Assembly (NCBI GenBank): GCA_951406725.2
Contig: OX597818.1
Span: forward strand, 18,290,001-18,354,000
Direction of reading: 5' to 3'
Source: Octopus vulgaris
Lineage: Eukaryota
DNA length: 64,000 nt
Shown here one piece after another: positions 51,360 to 63,878 of this stretch (positions within the stretch are counted from its first letter, which is position 1; every line of letters begins with the position of its first letter). The notes under the pieces are model-generated. The model saw only the letters and a program-made list of their open reading frames with translations. It made no database searches and was not told the DNA's origin. Made by a program: the position numbers and the translations under genes.

Positions 51360-52063
51360 TTACCAAAAACATGTAATGAAAAGAAATATTACAAGTAACT
51401 GCAGAATATGTGGAGATGGACAAGAAACAATAAATCATATTATCTCTAGCTGCCCAGTCCTGGCTAAGAAGGAATATATTCACAGACATGACAGAGTTGG
51501 AACCTACATACATTGGAAGCTATGCCAACATTATGGAATAACAACAGAAAAAAGATGGTATAGGCACACACCAGAAAAGGTCACAGAAAACGAGAAAGCA
51601 ACCATACTCTGGGATATGCCGATACACACAGATAGAGAAATTAAGGCCAACAGACCAGATATAGTTGTCAGAGATCATGAAGAAAAAAATGCTTTCTAAT
51701 TGATGTATCAATACCGGCAGATGACAACGTGTCTCTAAAAGAAATGGAGAAACTCTCAAAATACAAAGACCTGGAAATAGAGGTAACTAGAATGTGGAAC
51801 CTGAAAACAGAAACAATTCCTATCATAGTAGGTGCATTAGGCATGATAAAAAAATATTCAGACAAATACTTAACAAAAACACCAGGACTTACAAACACAT
51901 ATAACATACAGAAAATTGCACTACTAGGCACTGCACACATCCTACGCAGAACACTTTCCATACAATAACCATCAGAGCATCACAACAAATCACAGCACAT
52001 ACCCAAGGCACAGAGCTGCGCTCGGTAGTGAAGTGAAAGCACGCTATAAAAATAAAACTACTG
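51358..52063 (+). mobile_element. Young 5'-truncated Dong/R4-clade RLE retrotransposon in (TAA)n
   Basis: CCHC CRICGDGQETINHIISSC; RHD; RLE motif RPDIVV...IDVSIP...EKLSKYKDL; one frameshift in an A-run; (TAA)n on both sides. Confidence 0.92.
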
Positions 52064-52087
52064 AATAATAATAATAATAATAATAAC

Positions 52088-52128
<41 letters not shown>

Positions 52129-52129
52129 G

Positions 52130-53172
52130 AAGAAGAAGCAACAAAAGTTGTAAAACAACTCAAATCTAAATTAAACGGGAACGACAACGGATCATGATAA
52201 ATCGGTGTCAAGAAAAGCCCCTTCATGGCAAATTCTGAACTAAACTAAACAAAACAGACATAGACAAAGCAAAATTTCAACAATGGCTGAGAAGCTCAGG
52301 ACTTAAAGTGGAGATTGAACGATTTTTTAATTGCAAACAAGATCAAAGCCTCCCTACCAGAAATTACTAAAAGCATGTAATGAAAAGAAACATGACAAGT
52401 AACTGCAGAATATGTGGAGATGAACAAGAAACAATAAATCATATTGTCTCTGGCTTCCAGGTCCTGGCTAAGAAGGAATATATTCATGGACACGACAGAG
52501 TTGGGATCTATATACACTGGAATCTATGCCAACACTATCATCATCATCATTGTTCGACCGTGGTCGAGACAATGGAATTTACCATGCTACACCAGACTTC
52601 ACGGTCCATCATGGCGTTACGGAGGTCCTGTTGCTGGATGCCCGTATCCCTGGAACAGCAGAAAAAGATGGCTTACTCACACGCCAGAAAGGTCACAGAA
52701 AATGAAAAAGAAACCATATTCTGGCATATGCCAATACACATAGATAGAGAAATTAAGGCCAATAGGATGGATATAGTTGTCAGAGATCATCAAGGAAAAA
52801 ACGTTTTCTAATCGATGTATCAATACCAACAGATGACAAGAAACTTTCAAAATACAAAGATTTGGAAACAGGTAACTTGAATGTGGAATCTAAAAACAGA
52901 ATCAATTCCTATCATAGTGGGCGCATTAGGTATGATAAAAAAATATTCAGACAAATACATAACAAAAAAATATTCAGACAAATACATAACAAAAACACCA
53001 GGACTAGCAAATATATATAACAGGCAAAAAAATATAGCACTATTTAGCATCACACACATCCTACGTTAAACACTTTCAATACAGTAAAGAATGAGAGCAT
53101 CACAACAAACCACAGCATACAGAACTCCGCTCGGTAAAGCAGTGAAAGCACATGATAAAATAAAACTACTGA
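52130..53172 (+). mobile_element. Second, older Dong/R4 copy with an RTE insertion
   Basis: Same CCHC/RLE motifs and 3' UTR (AATAAAACTACTG then TAA repeats). Confidence 0.88.
52538..52652 (-). mobile_element. RTE-clade LINE 3' end
   Basis: RDTGIQQQDLRNAMMDREVW C-terminus with a (TGA)n tail. Confidence 0.6.
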
Positions 53173-53264
53173 ATAATAATAATAATGATAATGATGATGA
53201 TGATGATAATAGCAATAATAATAATAATATTAATAATTTTTTTTTCATTTTTTTTCGTTTTTTT

Positions 53265-53417
53265 TTCGGACATTCACTAGTACAACACCAAAAAAACCCC
53301 CAAATATATGGCACACTAGGCATAATAACAACATGAACTTCCAACCTGTTGTCTCTTGAGGTCTCTGGGTGAGACTTGGAGCCAACTTGTACAAATATAA
53401 AGCAAAAGTCAAACATA

Positions 53418-53418
<1 letters not shown>
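53265..53418 (+). mobile_element. Short Dong/R4 3' end of another subfamily
   Basis: TTGAGGTCTCTGGGTGAGACTTGG 3' UTR running into (TAA)n at 53419-53479. Confidence 0.5.
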
Positions 53419-53481
<63 letters not shown>

Positions 53482-53624
53482 GGTTGCGATCAATGAAGAA
53501 AGTAAATATGATACTAATAGTAAGTATCAGCACTCAACTACCAACATAGCTATAAATGATTGGTGCAAGTGTAAAGGTAGAGCTTCTATAAAAATCATAA
53601 TTGTTTGGAACTGCAGACACTGCA

Positions 53625-55644
53625 AAGACTAAGCAGCCGGAAGGCACCTAGGTACGACAAGATCCCCAACTTCTGATTAAAATATCTGACAGGAACACAC
53701 AAAAAGCTGGCTGAAAACTTGTAACATTATATTAGCAGATCCAGAGACAATACCTAAATGACTCACGAAAGGGAAAACTATCCTAATTCTCAAATCCACT
53801 GAAACGGCAAACCACAAAACTATCTCCCTACAATTTACAAAGCCTTTACTGCAATGATATCGCAGAGATTGAGGAACCATCTGGAAGAAAACAACCTGTT
53901 TCCAGAAAAGCAGAAGGGATGCTGGAAGGGCTCACACGGCTGTAAAGATCAGCTAATGATCAGTAAAGCCATAACTGAAGACAGCCGCAGAATGAAGAAA
54001 GGCCTAAGTATGGCCTGGATCGACTACCGAAAGGCTTTTGATTGCATCCCCCACACATGGATCCTAGAAACACTAGCCATAAACAAGTTAGCACCCATAA
54101 TCATAAAATACATAAGACACTCTATGAAAAAATGGCAGACAGTGCCACATCTCCAAACAAAAGAAAACCAAATCCATCCCCATTAGAAGAGGAATATTCC
54201 ACGAAGACACACTCTATCCACTCCTTTTCTGCTTGGCACTGTCACCTTTATCTGACATGCTAAACAAAACTGGATGCGGATACAAATGTTACGGCAAAAC
54301 AAACAGTCACCTCTTATATATGGATGACATAAAATTATACGCTACAAATGATAAACAGCTGGAAACACTACCACAGAAACTACATGGATTTATCAAAGAA
54401 ATAAATATGAAATGAAATTTGGCTTAGAAATATGTGCCAAAGCAACCTTGAAAAGAGGAAAACTAGTTAAGAGTAGCAACATTACACTAGACAAAGCCAA
54501 TGAAATAAGAGAATTAGACCAAAGTCAGACATAATAAATATTTAGGAATCAATGCAATAGATACGATACAACACACACAAATGAAAGATAAAATAAAGAA
54601 CGAATATTATAGATCAATACTGAAAACAGCGCTCAATGCTAAAAACAAGATAATAGGTATCAACACTTTAGCCGTCCCAGTTATAAGCTACAGCTACAAT
54701 ATCCTTAACTGGACACTAAATGAACTAACCAAAATAGACAGGGAAACAAGAAAAGTAATGATAGGATCTTGGATGCACCACCCCAAATCTGACATAGAAA
54801 GGCTATATATACACAACGTATAAAAGGTTACCACATGGAAAACTATTATAAAATAACCACCATAGGACTGCAAAAATACCTACTTCAGAAGCAAGGAAAA
54901 CTAATACAAATAGCCACAAAACATGAGCAAAACAAAAAAACTGTTCTCAGTATTTAAGGGAGCTGACAAATACAAACAAAAAGTCATATTACTTAACAAA
55001 TATGAAGAAACAGAAACAACAAAAGCTATAAAAGAAATGAAATCCAAACTAGGACTAGAACAGCAACAGACCTTGATAAAACGATGACAAGAAAAGCCCC
55101 TTCATGGCAAATACTGGGCTAAACTAAACGCAAAAGAAATAGACAAAGAAAAATCCCAGCAATGGTTGAGAAGCTCAGGACTCAAAGCAGAAACAGAGGG
55201 ATTTTTAATTGCAGCACAAGACCAAAGCCTCCCCACCAGAAATTACCAAAAACATGTAATGAAAAGAAATATTACAAGTAACTGCAGAATATGTGGAGAT
55301 GGACAAGAAACAATAAATCATATTATCTCTGGCTGCCCAGCAGTCCTGGCTAAGAAGGAATATATTCACAGACACGACAGAGTTGGGACTTACATACACT
55401 GGAAGCTACGCGAACACTATGGAATAACAACAGAAAAAAGATGGTATAAGCACACGCCAGAAAAGGTCACAGAAAACGAGAAAGCAACCATACTATGGGA
55501 TATGATCTAACAATTTCTCGCAGATAGAGAAATTAAGGCCAATAGGCCAGATATAGTTTTCAGAGATCATGAAGAAAAAAATGCTTTCAAATTGATGTAT
55601 CACTACCAACAGATGGCAACGTTTCTCTAAAGGAAATGGAGAAA
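53625..55644 (+). pseudogene. Dong/R4 ORF pseudogene (RT-thumb-CCHC-RLE)
   Basis: QKGC..GS.GCKDQL, AWIDYRKAFD.IPH.WI, HLLYMDDIKLY, LKAETEGFLIAAQDQSL, CRICG; 3' end replaced by a SINE. Confidence 0.9.
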
Positions 55645-55815
55645 CATCTGGCATGTGGCACATGGTGCACCTGTACAGGTAATGTCAATTTGATGGAGGG
55701 AATGAGCTTATGTGTACGCAAACATTTGATAACTATAAACAAATTATATGTGCCGTTGTTCAGCAAGAAATTGCCGAACCCTCATACGTCGTCTAAGGGT
55801 GGGAGAGTCCATCAT
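55645..55815 (+). mobile_element. Ceph-domain-like SINE 3' half
   Basis: GTGCACCTGTACAGG...ATTTGATAACTATAAACAA. Confidence 0.6.
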
Positions 55816-55982
55816 ATACATATATATATATGGGAAAGTTAGAAAAATCAACGAAAATGCACATTGTAAATAAAAAAGTGAAGGCTTTTAATGAAAGGTA
55901 ACGACAGATATATACAATTAGATGAACTGAGGTAGGAATAAAAGTAATAAATGTCATTATTGTGAGATTATTAAAGAGATTC

Positions 55983-56020
55983 AAGCATACCGTAGTTTCG
56001 TAAGTTACTATTCATTGCTT
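55983..56020 (-). ncRNA. Degenerate minimal hammerhead motif
   Basis: AAGCA-ATGAATA-GTA(ACT)TAC-GAAA-CTACGG-TA-TGCTT. Confidence 0.45.
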
Positions 56021-56023
56021 TGA

Positions 56024-56055
<32 letters not shown>

Positions 56056-56162
56056 ATCACGTGACCGACCAGTCCATCAGATGTAGTTACACATCGCTGG
56101 TCACAATGCGTTCGCATTGTTTTAGCCTTCGAATGACGCCACCCCGCTGGCAAAGCGAGCAG

Positions 56163-56209
<47 letters not shown>

Positions 56210-56212
<3 letters not shown>

Positions 56213-57830
56213 AGCAAATACCCTAAATGCGTAGGTGTACTTTAAGATAGATAGCGTAATATACTAAATAATAGTTAGAGAGCTTAGAGGAAAATTGTAA
56301 GTTTAAGATAGTGTTAGAAGTGAAAAGGGTGAAAAAGTTAAATGAAGGACACGTAGACGAAAAAATGGACATGAAAAAAGATGAAAGGTGTTTAGTTGAA
56401 GGATACAGGGGCGTGGTTCGAATGGCAGCATAACTGTCAATCTTTTAAAAGGGGTGAGCCCTAGGTGTGAAGCTAAGTGTAGAGACAGTGAAGTTAAATA
56501 GCAAAGGAGTGTAAAGTTGATAAAGAGGAAGATATGAATTAATTGGAAGACCTGATCAATTTTATGCTGGAAATCAGTTTGCCTTGATTGTTAACTGTCA
56601 GTATGTTGCAAGTCATTGGAGTGTGCTAACGCATGACGACGTCAGTAGGACTTGAAAAGAAGGTTATAAATACAGATGAGAGCTGAAATCGATCTTGTTT
56701 GGAGTGAAAAATGGTGACAGGAGGAGTGATTATATAACTAATTAACAAACATACAATCACTTAGATAAATATTAGAATATTAGTAAATAAGGGCTAAAGG
56801 ATATAAACTTATATATTTTTGACAACAGAAAGTATAAAGGGCAAAGTTGTGACTAACAATGAAGTAGAATACACAGATATATATCACAGGGTGAATATAT
56901 CCGTTTATGGTAGAAAAATACGATTTAAAGACGCTGTCTGCAAAAGGGTGATAGTCACCTTAAAATCTGAATTCCCCCTTAAAATCATTGCCAGAGAGAT
57001 CGCATTGATCTCAACCACCTTGGTACAGCCTTTCCGTATTAATAATGGTTCAGGTAATATTATAAGGGATGGATATTATTCGAAAGATGGTGTATAGAAT
57101 TAGTTAATGAGGTGGAAGTTTGATGCTTTGCAGAAGCAAAGCAAGTAAGATGGGACAAAAATCTTCTCTTAAAGTCTCTAAATTTTAGAGCAGTTCTGAT
57201 ATTTGTTATGTACAGTGCATTTCTCAAGAATAACCATTCAAGGGGTATTTTTATCTTGTATTAATCAGCAATTATTGTTAATCCCATTATTGCTTTAATA
57301 CGTTTCGTTAGTTAAACTAGTATTTATATTGCGCTAACAAAATTTAGCATCCCATATAATGAAACTATCCCGTTTATTAGCGTGAATCAGAGTCTAGATG
57401 AATAGGTGCAACGATATACCTCTTTTGACTACTATGATTAATATAGCTAATAGACTTGCTACCTCTATTATTATCTCCAGCAGTAATTTCGCAAATACGT
57501 TCCCCATTAATTTCAGTAATAGCATTAAAAACATTAGCAGGATAAGTGAATCAATATTATGGAGAGCATAGGAGTAGCAGTGGCAATTTGAAAGCGGGAT
57601 GGATTCCTACTTACATACTTATTACCATGATTTCTACCTTTAAAGTTGATACCCGATTTAATATTGTAATTTGGTGAGAGAATTTTGTTGCCAGTGGTGT
57701 ACATGCTATTCCAGACTCTGTTCAAACATGGTCGTTTCTTGTCTCGCGTGTCTGGTTATATATACTTTCCAAACCTGAGACATTATTATAGATATTATTA
57801 ATGACTATGCTAATCCTGTTATCGCTTTTA
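56210..57830 (-). mobile_element. Decayed Penelope-like element 3' part
   Basis: DFKRRFLSHLTCFASAKHQTSTSLTNSIHHL (about 57090-57180) parallels the GIY-YIG at 8569; pyrimidine-rich 3' UTR. Confidence 0.65.
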
Positions 57831-57854
57831 GCGTGTAGTTATTGTTATTATTAA

Positions 57855-57947
<93 letters not shown>

Positions 57948-57957
57948 CATCATCATT

Positions 57958-58256
57958 TACTTTTAATCTGCATTGTTGATGCAATCACTTGCCGGGGCAC
58001 ACCCAGCGCCCTAGGGCAAGTGAAGGTTAAGAGTTGTTGAAATATAGCTGAAAGCTTGGGGAGGGGAAGTAGAGAAATATCTCCATGTAATACAAACACA
58101 AACATTTACATTGATAGGGTTTTTCTAAGGATGTGGGCAGTACTTGTTAGCACAATCTTTTGAATTTCCTTGAGACATGGTTCTCCAGGGATATTGTCTA
58201 GGTGTTTCTGACATCCCTTTTTTATCATACCTAGGGCACCTACAATAACAGGAACA

Positions 58257-58316
<60 letters not shown>

Positions 58317-58612
58317 TTCTCTTTATCACAAGTTTTGTTGGAGCTCTTGGAATCTTGCATGCGTAGCGGGCTTACTACCTACAGCCTACGGTACCGTGCT
58401 ATTCATTCTTTTCAGCTATCTAGTACGTTCCAGATTATTCTAGCCGTGCCAAGGAGGCGAACTTTTTGTAACAGTTCTACTGGGAACTCTTTCCCAATTT
58501 CCTTTATAGTCCTCGTGATGCTTTCTGATACAGTTCCCAAGGACCCAACAATAATTGGTACTATCTTCACCTTCTTCATTTTCCATAGCTGGGCTATTTC
58601 ATGCATAAGAGG
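57958..58612 (-). mobile_element. Two tandem Dong/R4 3' fragments separated by (TAA)n
   Basis: VPVIVGALGMI...QKIVLTSTAHILRK (58106-58258) and VPIIVGSLGTV...LQKVRLLGTARII (58412-58606), each ending in (TAA)n. Confidence 0.85.
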
Positions 58613-58613
58613 G

Positions 58614-58689
<76 letters not shown>

Positions 58690-58692
<3 letters not shown>

Positions 58693-58908
58693 GTTTTGCT
58701 TTCCTTCTTGTCTGTTCGTGGGCCAAAGGGGCTAGCAACGTCAAGTATATAGCATGCAGGTGCACTATGTGCCACATGCCAGATGACGAAACGATCGCAG
58801 TGCAATGTGAAATGAAGTGCTTTGCTCAAGAGCACAACGCAACGCCCGGTCTGGGAATCGAACCCACGATCTTGCAACCGTGAGTGCAACACCCTAACTG
58901 CTAAACCA
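58690..58908 (-). mobile_element. tRNA-head/CORE SINE fragment
   Basis: GTGAAATGAAGTGCTTTGCTCAAGAGCACAACGC...GGAATCGAACCC. Confidence 0.7.
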
Positions 58909-58922
58909 TACACACACACACA

Positions 58923-58990
<68 letters not shown>

Positions 58991-59992
58991 CACGTACTCA
59001 TGCGTACGTGTATATGTACGAATGAGGGTAAGCGTGTATACATGTATGTGGGTATATGTAAATATACGTACACATGCAAGGTATATATACCTGCATATGC
59101 AGGGGCGATGATACATACAGATGAACGTATAAGTGAGCGTGTATGAGTGTATATACATGCGAGTAAGGATTGTATATGTAACTTATCTAATATATACATG
59201 TATATACATCTTCACATATTTTCTCATATTACTAAGCACTGAACTGCTAAGCATATAAATTCCTTAATTCTTAATATCTCTGCCCCCTCAATTAGACTCT
59301 ACTACTACACATTTGTCATTCCTTTACCTCTTAACTCCCACCCCATTTCTCTATCTTTTACACTATAATACCTTTCTCTCTCTTTCACCCTTCATCTCCC
59401 CCACTCCTACTTTCAAATTATCTCCACTGACCACTGACTCATCTATATCTCCATTTTTCTTTTTGTTTTTTCTTTATTCGATTTGTCCCTCTCTTCAGGG
59501 TTTTTATTTTTTATTATTTTGTTATTTTTATTAATCTCCTCTCTCCTTTCTCTTTCATTTTTCTTTCTCTTCTCTTTTTTACTCTTCCTTTTTTTCTCTT
59601 TCTTTCATTCCTCTCTTCCTGTTTTCAATTTGACCTTACTAATACACTCCCTATTTTTAGGTCACTTTAAATACAAACCTTTGACTCTGCAACACTATGT
59701 ATAAATTCTCTACTTGGAATGACCAAGTTTAAAAATATGCTGGATCTCACACATAAGGGAATCTTACATTGCTTATAAACTTTATATTTGGAAAGACTCA
59801 TTTTAAACTTTGTTGGACTTTTGGACTTTACTCACAGGATATTGGAATATTGCATACATACCATTATACCTACAAAATGGATTTACAACTTCAATACCCA
59901 CACATATCTTCCATCTATTTTCTTTCTTCCACCTCACTCTCTATTTTGTATCACATCTAAACTGATTATGACTTAACTTTCCTCTCACATCG

Positions 59993-60044
59993 TGTCCGAT
60001 GAAGGGATATTATTAATAAATATCTTAGAAACAGCTGTAAGACA
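59993..60044 (+). ncRNA. Hammerhead motif (degenerate 5' core)
   Basis: TGTC-CGATGA-A-GGGATATT...AATATCTT-A-GAAA-CAGCTG-TA-AGACA, at the end of a CT-rich Penelope-type 3' UTR. Confidence 0.6.
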
Positions 60045-60101
60045 TTCTATCTATAAATGCTCTAATATCTATACAACCTTGGTTTTTTTTATCTTATTAC
60101 G

Positions 60102-60152
<51 letters not shown>

Positions 60153-60245
60153 TGTTGCCGCATTACGTCGTACGCGAATGAGAGGATTTGCATCCCCAAC
60201 CAAGAATTTTTGATGTAATACATGTCCTTGAAGAAGTAGTTGTGC

Positions 60246-60323
60246 GCGGCTGAAGAAGGCCACAGACGCACATTATGCATTGTTATAAATCCGTCTAATA
60301 AAGGCCCGAAACATATGTACCGC
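60246..60323 (+). ncRNA. Type-I hammerhead ribozyme, canonical core
   Basis: GCGG-CTGAAGA-AGGCC...GGCCC-GAAA-CATATG-TA-CCGC; predicted GUA cleavage after 60319. Confidence 0.8.
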
Positions 60324-60512
60324 TGAATCCTTGGCATCATGTTTTTATTTTGATTAATTTATATATATATATTAATATATATATATATATATATATAGAT
60401 ATAGATAGATAGATAGATAGGGAGAATTCACAAAAAAACCAACAAAGGACGAAGACAGGTGGTGTAGACAACAAATAGATGTATTAGTATAACGCTCGGA
60501 AAGCGAAAAGGT

Positions 60513-60548
60513 CTTTAAGGTTTCATGCCTATGCTCTTCCACAGAAAG
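60513..60548 (-). ncRNA. Decayed minimal hammerhead motif
   Basis: CTTT-CTGTGGA-A-GAGC(ATAG)GCAT-GAAA-CC-TT-AAAG; same family as 63619-63654. Confidence 0.4.
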
Positions 60549-60560
60549 AAACACACACAA

Positions 60561-60655
<95 letters not shown>

Positions 60656-60748
60656 ATTTATTATCTAAATCTGATTTTTATAGAACTATCCCGAATGTTT
60701 CATGAGTGTAGCCTCACCCCCTTAGATGTTTTGAGAACTCAGATGTTT

Positions 60749-60837
60749 TTTCGGCTGAAGAGTACGGGCCACGTGTATTTGCTGCAATATTTGCAGCCTT
60801 AATAAAGGTGTATTCGTACGAAACAATTGTACCGAAA
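60749..60837 (+). ncRNA. Type-I hammerhead ribozyme, canonical core, branched stem II
   Basis: TTTCGG-CTGAAGA-GTACG...CGTAC-GAAA-CAATTG-TA-CCGAAA; predicted GUA cleavage after 60831. Confidence 0.87.
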
Positions 60838-61483
60838 TATTGATCCATTTTTGTTGCTTTTTTCTTGCTTATAATCACCCCGCATTATCTTATGGTTAAT
60901 ACCATATAGATTTCTGGTGCATCTAAGTTAAGTACCTCATTCATGTCAATTCAACAGAACTCACTTGAATCTTAATTACTTTTACTGTATATATATATAT
61001 ATATACATATATACACACACACATAAATAATCAGAAAATGGAAGAAAACTAAAAACCGTTGGACTTAGACTTGCCTCATTGTGAACCACAGGTGTGATTC
61101 TCGGTAATAATTTCTGTGAATCAGTTTTCTTAAGCACCCTACGGTAATTGTTTATATTGAGTTTGCTTCGCTAGCATTGGTACCGCCCTTTAATAATCAT
61201 GCTAAAATTTTCCTTGTATACACTTTCTTGATAACTTCTTTTTTTAAACATCCTGCCCTCCCCTTTAAATTGCATCCACCCATTAATAGTAGTAGTATTC
61301 TCTAGACCACTCCTAGCTCACTCTTTTACATACGGACCTCGTAACCCCTAGATGGTAAATTATATGCTTTTAACATATTGGTCTTCTAAACTTTTTGTCT
61401 AGGCCATGTTTTCTTTCCTTTTTCTTCTTCCCTTTGTTTATATTGTTTGCTCTTGGTTTTTACTCCGTGCTTTAATTCGAATG

Positions 61484-61563
61484 CCCTATGAAGATGGAGA
61501 ACTTTATTCTCGCATTTATTTATAGACAGCATTTTGGCAACTGATCGGAAACGGCCGTAAGAT
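61484..61563 (+). ncRNA. Degenerate hammerhead motif
   Basis: ATGAAGA...GAAA-CGGCCG-TA, following a CT-rich 3' UTR-like tract. Confidence 0.45.
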
Positions 61564-61911
61564 ATGTTACGTCACATGTTTGTTATGTCATGCTTTGCAT
61601 TAATAAATAAGCTATAAATGTGGTCCAATCGATGTGTTTGTTAATCAGTGGTTTTCTCCATTTTCTAATTATTTGCATTGGTTCCTGATAAAGTCTTGTT
61701 TATCCTGTTGTTACCTGCATTCGACGTGTATGGTGTGCCTGCACACCATTGCCCGGGGATAATACAGGTAACGGTTACCGATAGTATATACAGATATTTT
61801 ATTACTTACTCAGTTACTATAACCGATAACTCTTTGCGCCTCCACTAGATATGTATATATGTATATATATATATACGCATACGTAAATACATGCATTCAT
61901 ACATATATGGA

Positions 61912-62227
61912 GGAGACCTTCTTCGGTCATGAATGACCATGGGATTGCACCTAGAAAGTTATCCTCCGAGGCACAAGTCCGGGCAAGGTTGTTTATGGAG
62001 GACCAGCCTCTCCTCTCCATACCATTGATGTTATCCAAGGGAAAGGCAGAGGCCGATACAGCTTGGAACTAGTAACGTCGCAATTCATTTCTACTGCTGA
62101 GTTAACTGGAGCAGCGTGAAATAAAGTGTCTCGCTCAAGAACACAACACGCAGCCCGGTCCGGGAATCGAACTCACAACCTCATGACCGTAAGCTCGACG
62201 CTGTAACCACTGAGCCATGCGCCTTCA
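61912..62227 (-). mobile_element. tRNA-head/CORE SINE, full length
   Basis: Head GAAGGCGCATGGCTCAGTGGTTA...GTTCGATTCCCG, core CTTGAGCGAGACACTTTATTTCAC. Confidence 0.8.
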
Positions 62228-62248
62228 CCATATATATATATATATATA

Positions 62249-62647
62249 TAGGCGTAGGAGTGGCTGTGTGGTAAGTAGCTTGTTTACTAACCACATGATT
62301 CCGGGTTCAGTCCCACTGCGTGACACCTTGGGCAAGTGTCTTCTACTATAGCCTCGGGCCGACCAAAGCCTTGTGAGTGGATTTGGTATACTGAAACTGA
62401 AAAGAAGCCCGTCGTATATATGTATATATATATATATGCGTGTGTGTGTTTGTGTGTCTGTGTTTGTCCTCCTAGCATTGCTTGACAACCGATGCTGGTG
62501 TGTTTATGTCCCCGTTACTTAGCGGTTCGGCAAAAGAGACCGATAGAATAAGTACTGGGCTTACAAAAGAATAAGTCCCGGGGTCGAATTGCTCGATTAA
62601 AGGCGGTGCTCTAGCATGGCTGCAGTCAAATGACTGAAACAAGTAAA

Positions 62648-62650
<3 letters not shown>
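62249..62650 (+). mobile_element. CORE-type SINE, full length
   Basis: Near-identical to 5969-6406; inserted in (TA)n. Confidence 0.88.
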
Positions 62651-62721
<71 letters not shown>

Positions 62722-62723
<2 letters not shown>

Positions 62724-62878
62724 TACGAAATTCCTTCAGTTTCCGTCTCCACTCACAATGTTTTGGTCGAACTGAAGCTATAGTAGAAGACACGTGCCCA
62801 AAGTGCCATGCAGTGCGTTTGATCCCGGAACCATATGTTTGGAGAGCAAGTGTCTTATCACACAGTCGCACGTGGCAC
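62722..62878 (-). mobile_element. CORE-type SINE 5' half
   Basis: TTCAGTTTCCGTCT...GAAGACACGTGCCCAAAGTGCC. Confidence 0.65.
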
Positions 62879-63461
62879 ATCATTATATCTTGTTCAACTC
62901 ATCTCTACTGGAACCACAAATATGACGCATAGATCTCATGAGTAGAATAAAGTCTTGTTAGTTTGGCTTGTCGCTATGATTTTGTTTTAACGGCTCTAAT
63001 TCAGCGAATGGGAGTGTAGCACCAATATCCGGTTCAGATAAGAAGAAGACTTTCATCAAATGAAATATCATCATCACACTTGGACAATAACACTCACAGG
63101 CAAACACACATACATGTAACTGTGTGGTAGTAAGCAAGGTTAATTCTTCGTTGCTGAAGGATTGGTAGGTGAAAAGAAACATTCTCATTAACACAAAGTT
63201 ATAAGAGACGCTGCGAACTTTAGAATAAACATGTATCTAGTCTTTATCTACACAGAATCACAATCACATAATGATTTATATGTATACATACGCGCACACA
63301 TACGACACACAAACACACACACAGACACGCACACACAGACGTACACACACAAACACACACATGCACACACACACATACATTTATATACATACATAGATAC
63401 ACACATACATAAATGTATATATGTGTGTATATATATATATACGTATATGTATACTTAGATG

Positions 63462-63536
<75 letters not shown>

Positions 63537-63618
63537 GAAATTTACAGAAAGACAAAAAGTCGAAGAAGGTGTATAAACAACAAGCGGGTGTATTAGTTTG
63601 ACGCCCCAGAATGTGAAT

Positions 63619-63654
63619 CTTTTATGTTTCGAGCCTACGCTCTTCAACAGAAAG
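63619..63654 (-). ncRNA. Minimal hammerhead variant
   Basis: CTTT-CTGTTGA-A-GAGC(GTAG)GCTC-GAAA-CA-TA-AAAG. Confidence 0.55.
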
Positions 63655-63786
63655 GAACACAGAGAAATAAAAACAGAGAGAGAAGGGGACAGAATAAAAT
63701 AATTTTTGGAGTTAAGGAAAAATTTGTAGGTGTAGACGATTTTTAATTCATAAATTCATAATCCAGTTTGGTACAGATCCAATATA

Positions 63787-63878
63787 AATTCTACAAATTG
63801 TTTCGGAGTCTACTTAATTCCAAAGACATAAACGAAAAACTCTTCTTGAAATAAAAATGAGATTCTTCGTCAGGAATT
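63787..63878 (-). ncRNA. Type-I hammerhead ribozyme, canonical core
   Basis: AATTC-CTGACGA-AGAATCT...AGACTCC-GAAA-CAATTTG-TA-GAATT. Confidence 0.7.
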
